Origin: Elusimicrobiota bacterium
Lineage (GTDB): Bacteria > Elusimicrobiota > Elusimicrobia > Elusimicrobiales > UBA9959
Assembly (NCBI GenBank): GCA_037137395.1
Contig: JBAXKK010000016.1
Span: forward strand, 1 to 38,198
Direction: 5' to 3'
DNA: 38,198 bases
How positions within the stretch are numbered: position 1 is the first letter of the stretch; the number at the start of each line of letters is the position of its first letter. The notes below the pieces were generated by a model, which was given only the letters and a program-made list of their open reading frames with translations, did not search any database and was not told the origin of the DNA. Both the position numbers and the translations under genes were made by a program. Positions 10,278-19,071 of the stretch are shown here, one piece after another.

Positions 10278-11033
10278 ATGTCCACCTCACGGATTATTTA
10301 CTCCAAGTCTAAAAGCGCGGCGCAGTCCGGACTCAGGCGTGTTTATAAAAAGCTTTTTAAGGCTTTAGGTCCGCAGGGCTGGTGGCCCGTTACTGTAAAC
10401 CCCGGACGGCCTCCGGCCTATCGGCCGCTCTTTTACGGGCCGCATACTGACAGTGCTATGTTCGAGATTTGCGTCGGCGCTATCCTGACCCAGAATACCG
10501 CCTGGGCAAACGCCCTGGCAGCGCTGACCGGCCTTGGCGGGGCGGGGATGATGTCACCGATGAAATTATCCGTTCTGCCCTCAGCCGGTCTTTACAGCCT
10601 CATACGATCGTCGGGATTCTACAGGCAGAAGGCCTTAAGGCTTAAAAAGTTTTCCCGGTATATAATCTCCCGCCATCCGGAAGGTCTTGAGAAATGGTTT
10701 TTGGACGCGACCGCGGAGGATTTACGGGCCGAACTCCTGACACTAAACGGAATCGGCCCGGAAACAGCTGACTCAATGATCCTTTACGCCGGGAGAAAGG
10801 CCAAATTCGTGGTAGATGCCTATACTCACAGAGTATTCGAGCGTCTGGGGTTTATTCCCGGGACTTACGCCAGCCTGCAGCAGGGTTTTGAGATCGCTTT
10901 GCCGCGCGACCACAGGGTTTATAACGAATATCACGCGCTCATTGTTGCGCTGGGCAAGAGTTACTGCCGCAAAAACAAGCCGGTTTGCGCTAAATGCCCT
11001 CTAAAAAGCATGTGCTCAACAGGACGAGCATGA
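10278..11033 (+). CDS. HhH-GPD DNA glycosylase (endonuclease III-related) with 4Fe-4S FCL motif
   Basis: GAILTQNT, SGFYRQKA, HhH LNGIGPETADS, VVDAY and C-x6-C-x2-C-x5-C at the C-terminus. Confidence 0.9.
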   Translation: MSTSRIIYSKSKSAAQSGLRRVYKKLFKALGPQGWWPVTVNPGRPPAYRPLFYGPHTDSAMFEICVGAILTQNTAWANALAALTGLGGAGMMSPMKLSVLPSAGLYSLIRSSGFYRQKALRLKKFSRYIISRHPEGLEKWFLDATAEDLRAELLTLNGIGPETADSMILYAGRKAKFVVDAYTHRVFERLGFIPGTYASLQQGFEIALPRDHRVYNEYHALIVALGKSYCRKNKPVCAKCPLKSMCSTGRA

Positions 11034-11082
11034 AAAAGAATTAGAGGATCTGCATTCATGAACGTCCTTGCTTAATAATGGT

Positions 11083-11103
11083 TCCCCGATCCTTAATCCT
11101 AAA
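11083..11103. repeat. Short period-7 repeat with an upstream complementary arm
   Basis: TCCCCGA TCCTTAA TCCTAAA; ATTAGAGGATC (11040-11050) can pair with GATCCTTAAT (11088-11097) with one bulge. Confidence 0.45.
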
Positions 11104-11108
11104 CAAAG

Positions 11109-12191
11109 GTGAATAAAATATTTATGATAATAGAAGAACTAGAAGAAGCAGCCGATTTTTTGGAAGCCGGAAAGCCCGACGCGGCCTTTAAGGCCCTGAA
11201 GGGTATCGTCCTGACCAAAGGTTTTGAAGGCCGTTGGTATTATCTGTACGGGGAAGGCTGGCGGCTCAAAGGAATATTTGACAAAGCCATAGCCGCTTAC
11301 GAATCCGCAATGACGCGCGGCCTGCCAGCCGCCGAATTCTTCTGTCAGGCCCTTATCAGGACCGCGGCCTGCCACAGAGCATTAGGACACGAGAAACAGG
11401 CATTTGCTTTCGCGGTTGCAGGCCTAAAAGCCGCGGCCAAGGCCCCGGCCCTGAAGGCTGAGGCTGACCTGGAACTGGCTATGGCATACCGCCTGAAAGG
11501 AGATTTTAAAAAAGCTTCATCCATGCTCGAGCGCATTCTGCGCGCGTATTTAAAAGAAGACGATCACGGCGCGGCAGCCTTTATCCTGTGGGCTCTCGGA
11601 GGAATATACAGGCTTGAAGGCCGCTATGAGCTCTCAATAGAGTCCTTTAAACTATCGGGCGCTTACGCGGCTAAGGATAACGATTCGTCCGCCAGGGGCT
11701 ACGCCCTGTTCGGGTTGGGCGGCGTGCTGCGCGTGGCGGGTTTCATGAAACCGGCGCGCGCGGCGTATGAAGAGGCGCGCAAGCTCTTCCGAAAGACCGA
11801 AGATACTTTTGCCAGAGCCTACGCGGAATGCGGCCTTGCCAATGTGCTGCGCCAGCAGGGTGAGCTAGATGCCGCGTTCGACGGCTATCAACGGGCGCAC
11901 AGATTGTACTCCGAGATAGGTGATAAACCGGATCTGGGCTTCGTGGAATGGGGGCTTGGTGAAGTCTATAAAAAGCAAGGTGAATTTAAGAACGCGATGG
12001 TCTGTTTTAAGAACGCTGTACGCCTGTTTAAGGGGAACGCGGAGCCGCGGGGGGAAATATTGAGCGAACTTTCGATGGCAAATGTCCATTATTTGGAAGG
12101 GAATACCGCCGAGGCGGATAAAATGTATTTTGCCGCCGTAGCTAAAGCCAAAAAGCACGGCCTTCACACATATCTTGAAAGCTTCACTTGA
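11109..12191 (+). CDS. Tetratricopeptide repeat protein
   Basis: Repeated ~40-aa helical units (ALFGLGGVLRVAG, AECGLANVLRQQG, VEWGLGEVYKKQG); GTG start, ATG 11124 also possible. Confidence 0.85.
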   Translation: MNKIFMIIEELEEAADFLEAGKPDAAFKALKGIVLTKGFEGRWYYLYGEGWRLKGIFDKAIAAYESAMTRGLPAAEFFCQALIRTAACHRALGHEKQAFAFAVAGLKAAAKAPALKAEADLELAMAYRLKGDFKKASSMLERILRAYLKEDDHGAAAFILWALGGIYRLEGRYELSIESFKLSGAYAAKDNDSSARGYALFGLGGVLRVAGFMKPARAAYEEARKLFRKTEDTFARAYAECGLANVLRQQGELDAAFDGYQRAHRLYSEIGDKPDLGFVEWGLGEVYKKQGEFKNAMVCFKNAVRLFKGNAEPRGEILSELSMANVHYLEGNTAEADKMYFAAVAKAKKHGLHTYLESFT

Positions 12192-12266
12192 AAGAGATTT
12201 TTTTGGCAACACTGTGGCGCCGGCAAGCTCTCTTATTTTGTTCTTGACTGGATCAGGCCGGAGGGT

Positions 12267-12452
12267 TTAGCGGGTGGGGGAACCAAGAGTTTGAGCCGCG
12301 CCGCTTATAAGAGTCTGTATTTGTAAAAACAGCTTGGGGATGTACGTCTTTAGAGCCATTCCGGCAATCAGCACTACTCCCGTAGTAACGGCTAACATTA
12401 GCAGATACTCAACCGTGTTTTGGCCTTTTCGGCGCTTAAGCAAATTATACAT
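12267..12452 (-). CDS. Flp/class III signal peptide small pilin (61 aa)
   Basis: RRKG|QNTVEYLLMLAV (G|xxxxEY Flp motif) plus a hydrophobic helix; AAGGA RBS upstream. Confidence 0.8.
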   Translation of the reverse strand: MYNLLKRRKGQNTVEYLLMLAVTTGVVLIAGMALKTYIPKLFLQIQTLISGAAQTLGSPTR

Positions 12453-12492
12453 TTGTAATTTCCTTGCGATGCGCTAAATGTGAAAGCAGGAT

Positions 12493-13224
12493 TTACATCT
12501 TAAAGTCCCATCCGAGGTAGAATTCTCTCGCTTTAGGGTCGTTCAATAGCACTTCCGCCGTTCCCTCTATCAGTATCCGGCCTTCATAGATCAGATAAGA
12601 CCGATCCGTTATGGAAAGGGTTTCCCGGACATTGTGGTCCGTTATCAGCACGCCGATACCCTTGTCCTTAAGGTGCCGAATGATGTTTTTTAATTCGCTT
12701 ACCGTTATGGGGTCTATTCCGACAAAAGGTTCATCCAACAGTATTATCCGGGGTTCGTTTATCATGACCCTGGCCACTTCCAACCGCCGCTTTTCTCCGC
12801 CGGAAAGCGTCCATGCTTTCTGCTTTTTCAATTTCATCAGGCCGAATTCAGTTAAAAGGGAATCTACGCGACTGGTGAGCGCGGGTTTATCGCTGGTGGT
12901 CCGCTCAAGTATTGCCACGAGGTTGTCTTCCACGGTCAGGCCGCGAAACACCGTAGGTTCCTGCGCCAGGTAACCGATGCCGCCCCTGGCCCGCAGATAC
13001 ATCGGCATACTTGAGACGTCTTTTCCGTCAATAAAAACTTTCCCTGAATCGGGCTCAAGAAAACCTACCAGCATGTGAAAAGTTGTGGTCTTTCCGGCTC
13101 CGTTCGGGCCCAGGAGGCCGCAGACTTCTCCGGATTTTATGTCCAGACTTATGCCGTTCACGACTTGTCTGCGGTTAAAGCTTTTTTCCAGCAGTTCGGA
13201 TTTGAGTCTCATAAGGCTCTCCAT
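12493..13224 (-). CDS. lptB: LPS export ABC transporter ATPase
   Basis: GLLGPNGAGKTT, GIGYLAQE, LSGGEKRR, LDEPFVGIDP and LITDHNVRETL. Confidence 0.97.
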   Translation of the reverse strand: MESLMRLKSELLEKSFNRRQVVNGISLDIKSGEVCGLLGPNGAGKTTTFHMLVGFLEPDSGKVFIDGKDVSSMPMYLRARGGIGYLAQEPTVFRGLTVEDNLVAILERTTSDKPALTSRVDSLLTEFGLMKLKKQKAWTLSGGEKRRLEVARVMINEPRIILLDEPFVGIDPITVSELKNIIRHLKDKGIGVLITDHNVRETLSITDRSYLIYEGRILIEGTAEVLLNDPKAREFYLGWDFKM

Positions 13225-13284
13225 TCCAACTTCAAGGTCTAAGACCGGATATTGATGAAAATCCCGCGTCAGGATTACACATCT

Positions 13285-13965
13285 TCAATTCTCTTGCGGC
13301 TTTTCCCCTGATTTAACCCAGCCGGCGACATTGTTATAGAGTTTTACGTCGCCGGTATCCTTAAAGTATTTCATTTTTTCTCCGGTCATAGCAAAGTCGC
13401 GGCCATCTCTGATACCAACCGCGATCGGAGTGGAGCCATATATCAGAAAAGACCTTTCAGCGTCGCTATAGAATCCGTTGGCCGAGAAAATCTCCATACT
13501 TTCAGTTTCAAGATAGAAATTCCCCAGAAAATCCATAGCGGCTTTTGCGTTGTCGGAGTTGATGCGGTCGCAGCGCCCTTTCAGAACCTTGCCCTCGGGA
13601 GAAACATATCTCATTTTTATCAGTTCTTTGCCGCGAAAAAGCTCAGCCTGCTCAAAGTTCTCGCGATATGTTCCGTTGTCGCAGTATAGCTCTATATTCG
13701 AACCGTCCAGAAATTTGCGCAGGCAGTAGACGGAGCCTTTGACGGTCCAGGTCCGGGGCTTGCGGTCGTAGACGGCGTGGTCAGACTTGAGATTGTAGGC
13801 CGCGTTGCGGAAAGATACAGCTCCCTCAAAGATTTCCCGGTCGTTGGCCCGGTCCATCGTCCATTTATCGCTTTTGACCACCGACCCCCGCATGAAATCA
13901 TCCGTTTGCCCCGCCGAAAGGGGGGCGACAACGGCCAGCATAACCGAAAAGCTCAGCCTGATCAT
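13285..13965 (-). CDS. lptA: LptA/OstA-like periplasmic beta-jellyroll protein
   Basis: Signal peptide; repeated beta-strand motifs (KSD..., F.G.V); position between lptC and lptB. Sequence is divergent. Confidence 0.65.
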   Translation of the reverse strand: MIRLSFSVMLAVVAPLSAGQTDDFMRGSVVKSDKWTMDRANDREIFEGAVSFRNAAYNLKSDHAVYDRKPRTWTVKGSVYCLRKFLDGSNIELYCDNGTYRENFEQAELFRGKELIKMRYVSPEGKVLKGRCDRINSDNAKAAMDFLGNFYLETESMEIFSANGFYSDAERSFLIYGSTPIAVGIRDGRDFAMTGEKMKYFKDTGDVKLYNNVAGWVKSGEKPQEN

Positions 13966-14477
13966 TTTTCCCCCAGAGTGGTGGTTTCCTGCTGGGTTAT
14001 AGCTATTTCTGAGAGATCCGGATTGGCGGTGAACCCGCGCCCATGAGTGACGGTGTTGCCTTTAAATATTGTCACCGGATCGTCGGTCCATATCTTATCC
14101 TTTTCCGAGCTGAAAAAAAGTTTAGTGGTAAGCAGTCGCATGCCGTCGGTATTTGACTCCACCCGCACGTTCTTCTCAAGTTGTGCGTCCTTCTTGATCA
14201 TATTCAGGAACCCGGTTTCCGATTCAAGCTTGGTGGCGAGCTTGTTGTCTTTAAATAAATCCATCTTCGGATTGTAGAAATATATCCTGGTCTCTCCCTC
14301 TTCAAACCGAGCCGTTTTAGACACTAGAGCCCATTGCAGCTGGTTATTGTTCACCTGAGAGAACCTCACGCCTGTCATCAGGCTCGCGCCCTCCTTTACC
14401 GCCGCCACTCCTGAGGGCGCTTTGTAGCAAGCCGAAAAAAACAGTTGCAGCATAAGTGCTGATAATAAAAGTTTCAG
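13962..14477 (-). CDS. lptC: LPS export protein LptC (possible lipoprotein)
   Basis: LQWALVSKTA, LLTTKLFF, IWTDDPVTI and GRGFTANPDL motifs. In-frame extension to CTG 14477 gives a full lipoprotein signal (KLLLSALMLQLFFSA|C); ATG 14453 is the alternative start. Confidence 0.8.
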   Translation of the reverse strand: MKLLLSALMLQLFFSACYKAPSGVAAVKEGASLMTGVRFSQVNNNQLQWALVSKTARFEEGETRIYFYNPKMDLFKDNKLATKLESETGFLNMIKKDAQLEKNVRVESNTDGMRLLTTKLFFSSEKDKIWTDDPVTIFKGNTVTHGRGFTANPDLSEIAITQQETTTLGEK

Positions 14478-15505
14478 ATCAGGCCCTCTTTCAAAAGATC
14501 TTTTTCGTCTATAATCCCGACCGGACGCAAAGTCTTGCGGTCTATAACCGGCATGTTGTCAATTTTTCTGGCCGAAATCAGCCTGGCGGCATCTATCGCC
14601 ATAGTATCCGGATAAACGCAAATCGGCTTGGTGGTCATAAGTTCGTCGATAGGCGAGGAAAGGCCGGCTTTGCCCCGCTCGAGGCTTCTGCGGAGGTCAC
14701 CGTCGGTAAAATAACCGGCGAGCCGGCCCCGCTTATCAGTGACGGAGACAGCTCCGGTTTTGGTGCCGGTCATTACAGTTAAAGCGGCTTTAAGCGTTGA
14801 GCCGGCGCGAACCACGGGGTTTTCGCGGCCCTTATGCATCAGATCGGCCACGCGCAGGTTTAAAAGCTTCCCAAGATTTCCGCCGGGGTGAAGTCTGGCA
14901 AAATTAGAGTCGTCAAACCCTTTCACACGCATCAACGTGATAGCGATGGCGTCGCCCACAGCCAGCATGGCCGCCGTGGAGGATGTTGGCACGATATTGT
15001 ACGGGCAGGCTTCATTGCGGATATTGAGCCGCAAGACTATGTCCGAATAGCGCGCGAGTTTTGAATCCGGATTATTGGTCAGGGAAATTATTTTCAGGCC
15101 CTCTTTTGCCAGCAGGGGGAGAAGTCTGGTCGTCTCTTCCGTTTCGCCGGAGTAGGAGAGCGCCAGGATAATGTCTTCTTTGGCAATCAGCCCCATGTCT
15201 CCGTGCAGGGATTCTACCGGGTGGATATATACACTTGGTGTGCCGGTGGAGGAAAGAGTGGACGCGATCTTTCTGGCGATAATGCCGGATTTGCCCACGC
15301 CGAGTACCACCACCTTCCCCCGGGCAGCCAGGAGCAGCCTGGCGGCGCCGACAAAGTCTTTGCCGATGCCTGCCGCGACCAGCCGGAGCGCTCCGGCTTC
15401 CTGCATTACCACCGACCTGGCGGCCTTAAGGAGAAACGAATCCGTTGGCTTGCGCGGTCCTATCGCGCGGATATTCACCCGGCCGGATAAAAAAGGAGGG
15501 GTCAT
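14474..15505 (-). CDS. kdsD: Arabinose-5-phosphate isomerase (KpsF/GutQ; SIS domain plus two CBS domains)
   Basis: GVGKSG, STGTPS, HGDMG, SYSGETEE, PTSST, HPGGNLG and FTDGDLRR. Confidence 0.96.
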   Translation of the reverse strand: MTPPFLSGRVNIRAIGPRKPTDSFLLKAARSVVMQEAGALRLVAAGIGKDFVGAARLLLAARGKVVVLGVGKSGIIARKIASTLSSTGTPSVYIHPVESLHGDMGLIAKEDIILALSYSGETEETTRLLPLLAKEGLKIISLTNNPDSKLARYSDIVLRLNIRNEACPYNIVPTSSTAAMLAVGDAIAITLMRVKGFDDSNFARLHPGGNLGKLLNLRVADLMHKGRENPVVRAGSTLKAALTVMTGTKTGAVSVTDKRGRLAGYFTDGDLRRSLERGKAGLSSPIDELMTTKPICVYPDTMAIDAARLISARKIDNMPVIDRKTLRPVGIIDEKDLLKEGLI

Positions 15506-15765
15506 GGTGCCGGGACCTTATGTGGATTCAGCCAGGGAGTCATCTCGGCCGGAATCTTGCGCTGGTCGTATGGGGGCGGCAGCTTGTGGAGAAGCCAGCT
15601 TACCGTGAAAAAGAGCACGGTGACCGATATGTATATCCAGGAAAGGGTTTTCAAATGCCATCTCCAATCAGGGAACCAGACCGGGGGCAAAGTGAGGTCC
15701 CGGCCGCATTTTTTACAGAATTTAAGCGTGACTTTGTTTTCTTGTCCGCAATTTAAGCATTTCAT
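15502..15765 (-). CDS. Small zinc-ribbon membrane protein
   Basis: CLNC-x10-CKKC followed by one TM helix; fills the gap between kdsA and kdsD with an ATGA overlap. Confidence 0.8.
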   Translation of the reverse strand: MKCLNCGQENKVTLKFCKKCGRDLTLPPVWFPDWRWHLKTLSWIYISVTVLFFTVSWLLHKLPPPYDQRKIPAEMTPWLNPHKVPAP

Positions 15766-15774
15766 ATTCTCGTC

Positions 15775-16629
15775 CTAAAGGCTCCTTAGCGCCTTATTGT
15801 TTACCAGTTTCATGGCCAGTCTGTCTATCTGGTTCAGCATATCAACGGCGTCCGGAACCAGGCTTAGTTTCAGTGAATTGGGCCCGTCTGAAAAGGCTTT
15901 GGCCGGATTGGGATGAGCTTCAAAAAATATGCCGGCTATCTTCAGCGCCGCGGCCGCCTTAGCCAGCGGCAGCGCCAACTTCGCGTCACCCCCGGTGGTT
16001 TTACCCAGGCCGCCGGGCTTCTGCACTGAATGGGTGCAGTCAAAGATTACCGGGTAGCCGAAGTTTTTCATGATCTCCATGCCGCGCATGTCCACGACCA
16101 GATTGTTGTATCCGAACGAGGATCCACGCTCGGTCAGGAGTATCCGCTTATTGCCGCGCGATTCTATCTTTGAAATAATGTTACCCATATCCCAGGGGGC
16201 CAGAAACTGCCCTTTCTTAACATTTACGGCACAGCCGGTGTCGGCGCAGGCGAATAGAAGGTCCGTTTGACGGCATAGAAAGGCCGGAATCTGCAGGATA
16301 TCCGCCACTTCCGCCACGCGGGCCGCTTGTGATGGTTCATGCACGTCAATCAGCACCGGCACATCAAGACGGTTCTTCAGATCTTTCAGAAAATCGAGAG
16401 CGGTCTCCATAGGAATGCCGCGGAAAGAAGAGTGTGATGTGCGGTTGGCTTTATCGAACGAGGCTTTAAGCACGAATGGTGTGCCGAGCTTTTCGAAAAT
16501 ACCTTTCATTTTTACGGCTTGAGAGGCGTAAGTCTTAGGGGATTCAATTACGCAGGGGCCGGTGATATAAACAATGGGCGCGTTATTTGAGAATACCGCA
16601 TTTTTCACCTTTACACTGGTCTGGGTCAT
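15775..16629 (-). CDS. kdsA: KDO8P synthase (metal-dependent type)
   Basis: GPCVIE (Cys metal ligand), KASFDKANRTS, QIPAFLCRQTD, NVKKGQF and FSDGPN. Confidence 0.97.
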   Translation of the reverse strand: MTQTSVKVKNAVFSNNAPIVYITGPCVIESPKTYASQAVKMKGIFEKLGTPFVLKASFDKANRTSHSSFRGIPMETALDFLKDLKNRLDVPVLIDVHEPSQAARVAEVADILQIPAFLCRQTDLLFACADTGCAVNVKKGQFLAPWDMGNIISKIESRGNKRILLTERGSSFGYNNLVVDMRGMEIMKNFGYPVIFDCTHSVQKPGGLGKTTGGDAKLALPLAKAAAALKIAGIFFEAHPNPAKAFSDGPNSLKLSLVPDAVDMLNQIDRLAMKLVNNKALRSL

Positions 16630-18245
16630 AATATAAAAGCCTCCCTGGCCGCCGGAGCTCCGTGTTTGACGGCCGCGGCTACAAATCCCCGGAAAAGGGG
16701 ATGGGGGGTAAGGGGGCGGGATTTAAGCTCCGGGTGGAACTGCACGCCCATAAACCACGGGTGCCCCTTCAATTCCACGATTTCAGGAAGGCCCTTTTCT
16801 TTGTAAATGCCGCTGACCATCATGCCCTTTTTCTCATACGATTTAAGGTAGCGGGCGTTAAATTCATAACGATGCCTGTGTCGCTCGGATATGAGCGTGC
16901 CGCCGTACATGAGCGCGGCTAGCGACCCTGCTTTCAGCCGGCACGGATAAGCGCCGAGGCGCATGGTTCCGCCTTTTTCCTTCACGTCTTTTTGTTCTGC
17001 CATGAGATCCACCACGGGGAATGGCGACTTGGGGGCGAACTCGGTGGAGTTGGCTTTTTTATAGCCAAGAACGTCGCGCGCGAATTCTATCACGGCGCAC
17101 TGCATGCCCAGGCAGATGCCCAGGAACGGGACGCCTTTCTCTCTGGCATAGCGCACCACGTTTATTTTGCCCTCTATGCCACGGTCTCCGAATCCGCCGG
17201 GCACGATTATTCCGGACGCCTTAGACAGACGCTCCATGCAGTCCTTATCTTCCACATCCACAAAATCCAGATCCATCCGGACGCCGTTGGCGATAGCGCC
17301 GTGGTGGATAGCCTCCACCAGCGATTTGTAGGAATCCTTAAGCTTGGTGTATTTCCCGGCTATGGCGATTCGCACACCCTGCGCTTTTTCGGCGGTCTTC
17401 AGTTTTTCCACGAAAGAGTTCCATTCTTCAAAATCCCATTTCTTGCTCCTCATGCGCAGCAGCATCATGATCTGCTCGTCTATGCCCTGCTTCTTGAGAA
17501 CATTGGGAACTGCGTAGATGGAGAAGGTGTTTGGCGCCTCTATCACGGCCTCGTCGGGCACGCTGGTGAAAAGGGCTATTTTATTGCGTATCTCTTTGCC
17601 AAGGGGCTTTTCCGTGCGGCATACAATAATATCCGGGTCTATGCCTATCTCGCGCAGTTTGTTGACCGAGTGCTGGGTGGGCTTGGTTTTCAGCTCGTCG
17701 CTGGCGGAAAGATATGGAACCAGTGTTACGTGGATATACATGACATCGGTGCGCGTTCTGTCGGGGCGCATCTGTCTGGCCGCCTCCAGAAACGGAAGGC
17801 TCTCGATATCGCCCACGGTCCCGCCGATCTCAATAATGGTGATATCGAAACCTTCCCCGGCCTTATAGAACCTTTTCTTTATCTCGTCGGTAATATGCGG
17901 AATGACTTGGACGGTCTGGCCGAGATAGAGGCCCGAGCGCTCCTTTGCTATCACGGTCTGGTATATCTGTCCGGCTGTCATATTGTTCGCGCGGCGGGTA
18001 TCTATCTCAAGAAAACGCTCGTAATAACCCAGGTCCAGGTCAGTTTCAGCGCCGTCATCGGTTACAAAGACTTCGCCATGCTGGAATGGAGCCATGGTTC
18101 CCGCGTCCACGTTAATATAGGGGTCGCACTTTACAATGTTCACTGACAACCCGTGGGCTTTTAACAGGCGTCCCACGGAAGCAGCCGTTATGCCTTTACC
18201 CAGCGAACTGACCACGCCGCCGGTCACAAATATATATCTGGTCAT
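16626..18245 (-). CDS. pyrG: CTP synthase
   Basis: GGVVSSLGKG, KTKPTQHSV, GICLGMQ, ERHRHRYE and QFHPE. Confidence 0.99.
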   Translation of the reverse strand: MTRYIFVTGGVVSSLGKGITAASVGRLLKAHGLSVNIVKCDPYINVDAGTMAPFQHGEVFVTDDGAETDLDLGYYERFLEIDTRRANNMTAGQIYQTVIAKERSGLYLGQTVQVIPHITDEIKKRFYKAGEGFDITIIEIGGTVGDIESLPFLEAARQMRPDRTRTDVMYIHVTLVPYLSASDELKTKPTQHSVNKLREIGIDPDIIVCRTEKPLGKEIRNKIALFTSVPDEAVIEAPNTFSIYAVPNVLKKQGIDEQIMMLLRMRSKKWDFEEWNSFVEKLKTAEKAQGVRIAIAGKYTKLKDSYKSLVEAIHHGAIANGVRMDLDFVDVEDKDCMERLSKASGIIVPGGFGDRGIEGKINVVRYAREKGVPFLGICLGMQCAVIEFARDVLGYKKANSTEFAPKSPFPVVDLMAEQKDVKEKGGTMRLGAYPCRLKAGSLAALMYGGTLISERHRHRYEFNARYLKSYEKKGMMVSGIYKEKGLPEIVELKGHPWFMGVQFHPELKSRPLTPHPLFRGFVAAAVKHGAPAAREAFIL

Positions 18246-18262
18246 TTGAATGCCCTTTATTG

Positions 18263-18339
18263 CAAGCTCTAAGGATTGAACACTGAAGATTAAGAACTGA
18301 TTTTCGCTTACCGCTTAATCCTTACTACTTATAACTTAA
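18263..18339. repeat. Inverted pair of period-7 arrays (TAAG-type then CTTA-type)
   Basis: CAAGCTC TAAGGAT TGAACAC TGAAGAT TAAGAAC, then CGCTTAC CGCTTAA TCCTTAC TACTTAT AACTTAA; the right arm overlaps the kdsB stop. Confidence 0.75.
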
Positions 18340-19071
18340 TTCCTGTTTTTTTATAAACCTTTCGGCTGCTTTCAGATCCGCCGGAGTGTCTATGGCAGGT
18401 CCCAAAATCTTCACAGTTGCCACGCCTATTGTCAATCCGCATTCAAGAGCGCGGAGCTGTTCCAGCCGCTCCAGAAGTTCAAGCGGGCTCGGCTTGAGAC
18501 GCACAAAGCGCTCCAGTGATGAGCGCTTGTATATGTAAAAGCCGCAATGCTTATGCCACGGGGATTTTCTCAGGCTCGAGAGAGGATGGTGGAAGGGTAT
18601 GGGGGAGCGGGAGAAGTAAAGCGCCCGGCCCTCCCGATTCATTGCGATCTTAACGCAGTTGGGGTTGGCTATGTCGGTCTTGTCCGTGATGGGCGCGCAG
18701 GCGGTTGCGATGTCGAAACCCGCGCGCATTTGCCTAAAAGCCGCCAGCAGCGTTTCGGCGCGCATGAACGGTTCATCGCCCTGGAAATTGATTATGAATT
18801 TCTTTTTGGAGCCTTTAGCCGCCTCATAGACGCGGTCCGTGCCGGAAACGCATTTATCGCTGGTTATAACGGCATCGGCGCCGATGCTTTTCGCGAACTC
18901 CAGCACCCGTTTATCCTCGGTTGCTATGAGCACCGGGCCCAGCCCCGATTTGACCGCGGCCTCGTGGCACCACTGAAGCACGGCCTTGCCGCGAATCTTC
19001 GCCAGAACTTTGCCTGGAAAGCGCTGTGAGTTATAGCGGGCGGGAATGACTATTAAGCAGTTTTTGTCCAT
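18325..19071 (-). CDS. kdsB: 3-deoxy-manno-octulosonate cytidylyltransferase
   Basis: IPARYNSQRFPGK, SGTDR, NFQGDEP, ALYFSRSPIP and LEQLRALE. Confidence 0.97.
   Translation of the reverse strand: MDKNCLIVIPARYNSQRFPGKVLAKIRGKAVLQWCHEAAVKSGLGPVLIATEDKRVLEFAKSIGADAVITSDKCVSGTDRVYEAAKGSKKKFIINFQGDEPFMRAETLLAAFRQMRAGFDIATACAPITDKTDIANPNCVKIAMNREGRALYFSRSPIPFHHPLSSLRKSPWHKHCGFYIYKRSSLERFVRLKPSPLELLERLEQLRALECGLTIGVATVKILGPAIDTPADLKAAERFIKKQELSYK

Noticed and set aside
16992..18146. 384-aa plus-strand ORF
   Set aside because: Entirely antisense to pyrG with no recognisable motifs; a shadow ORF from codon bias.
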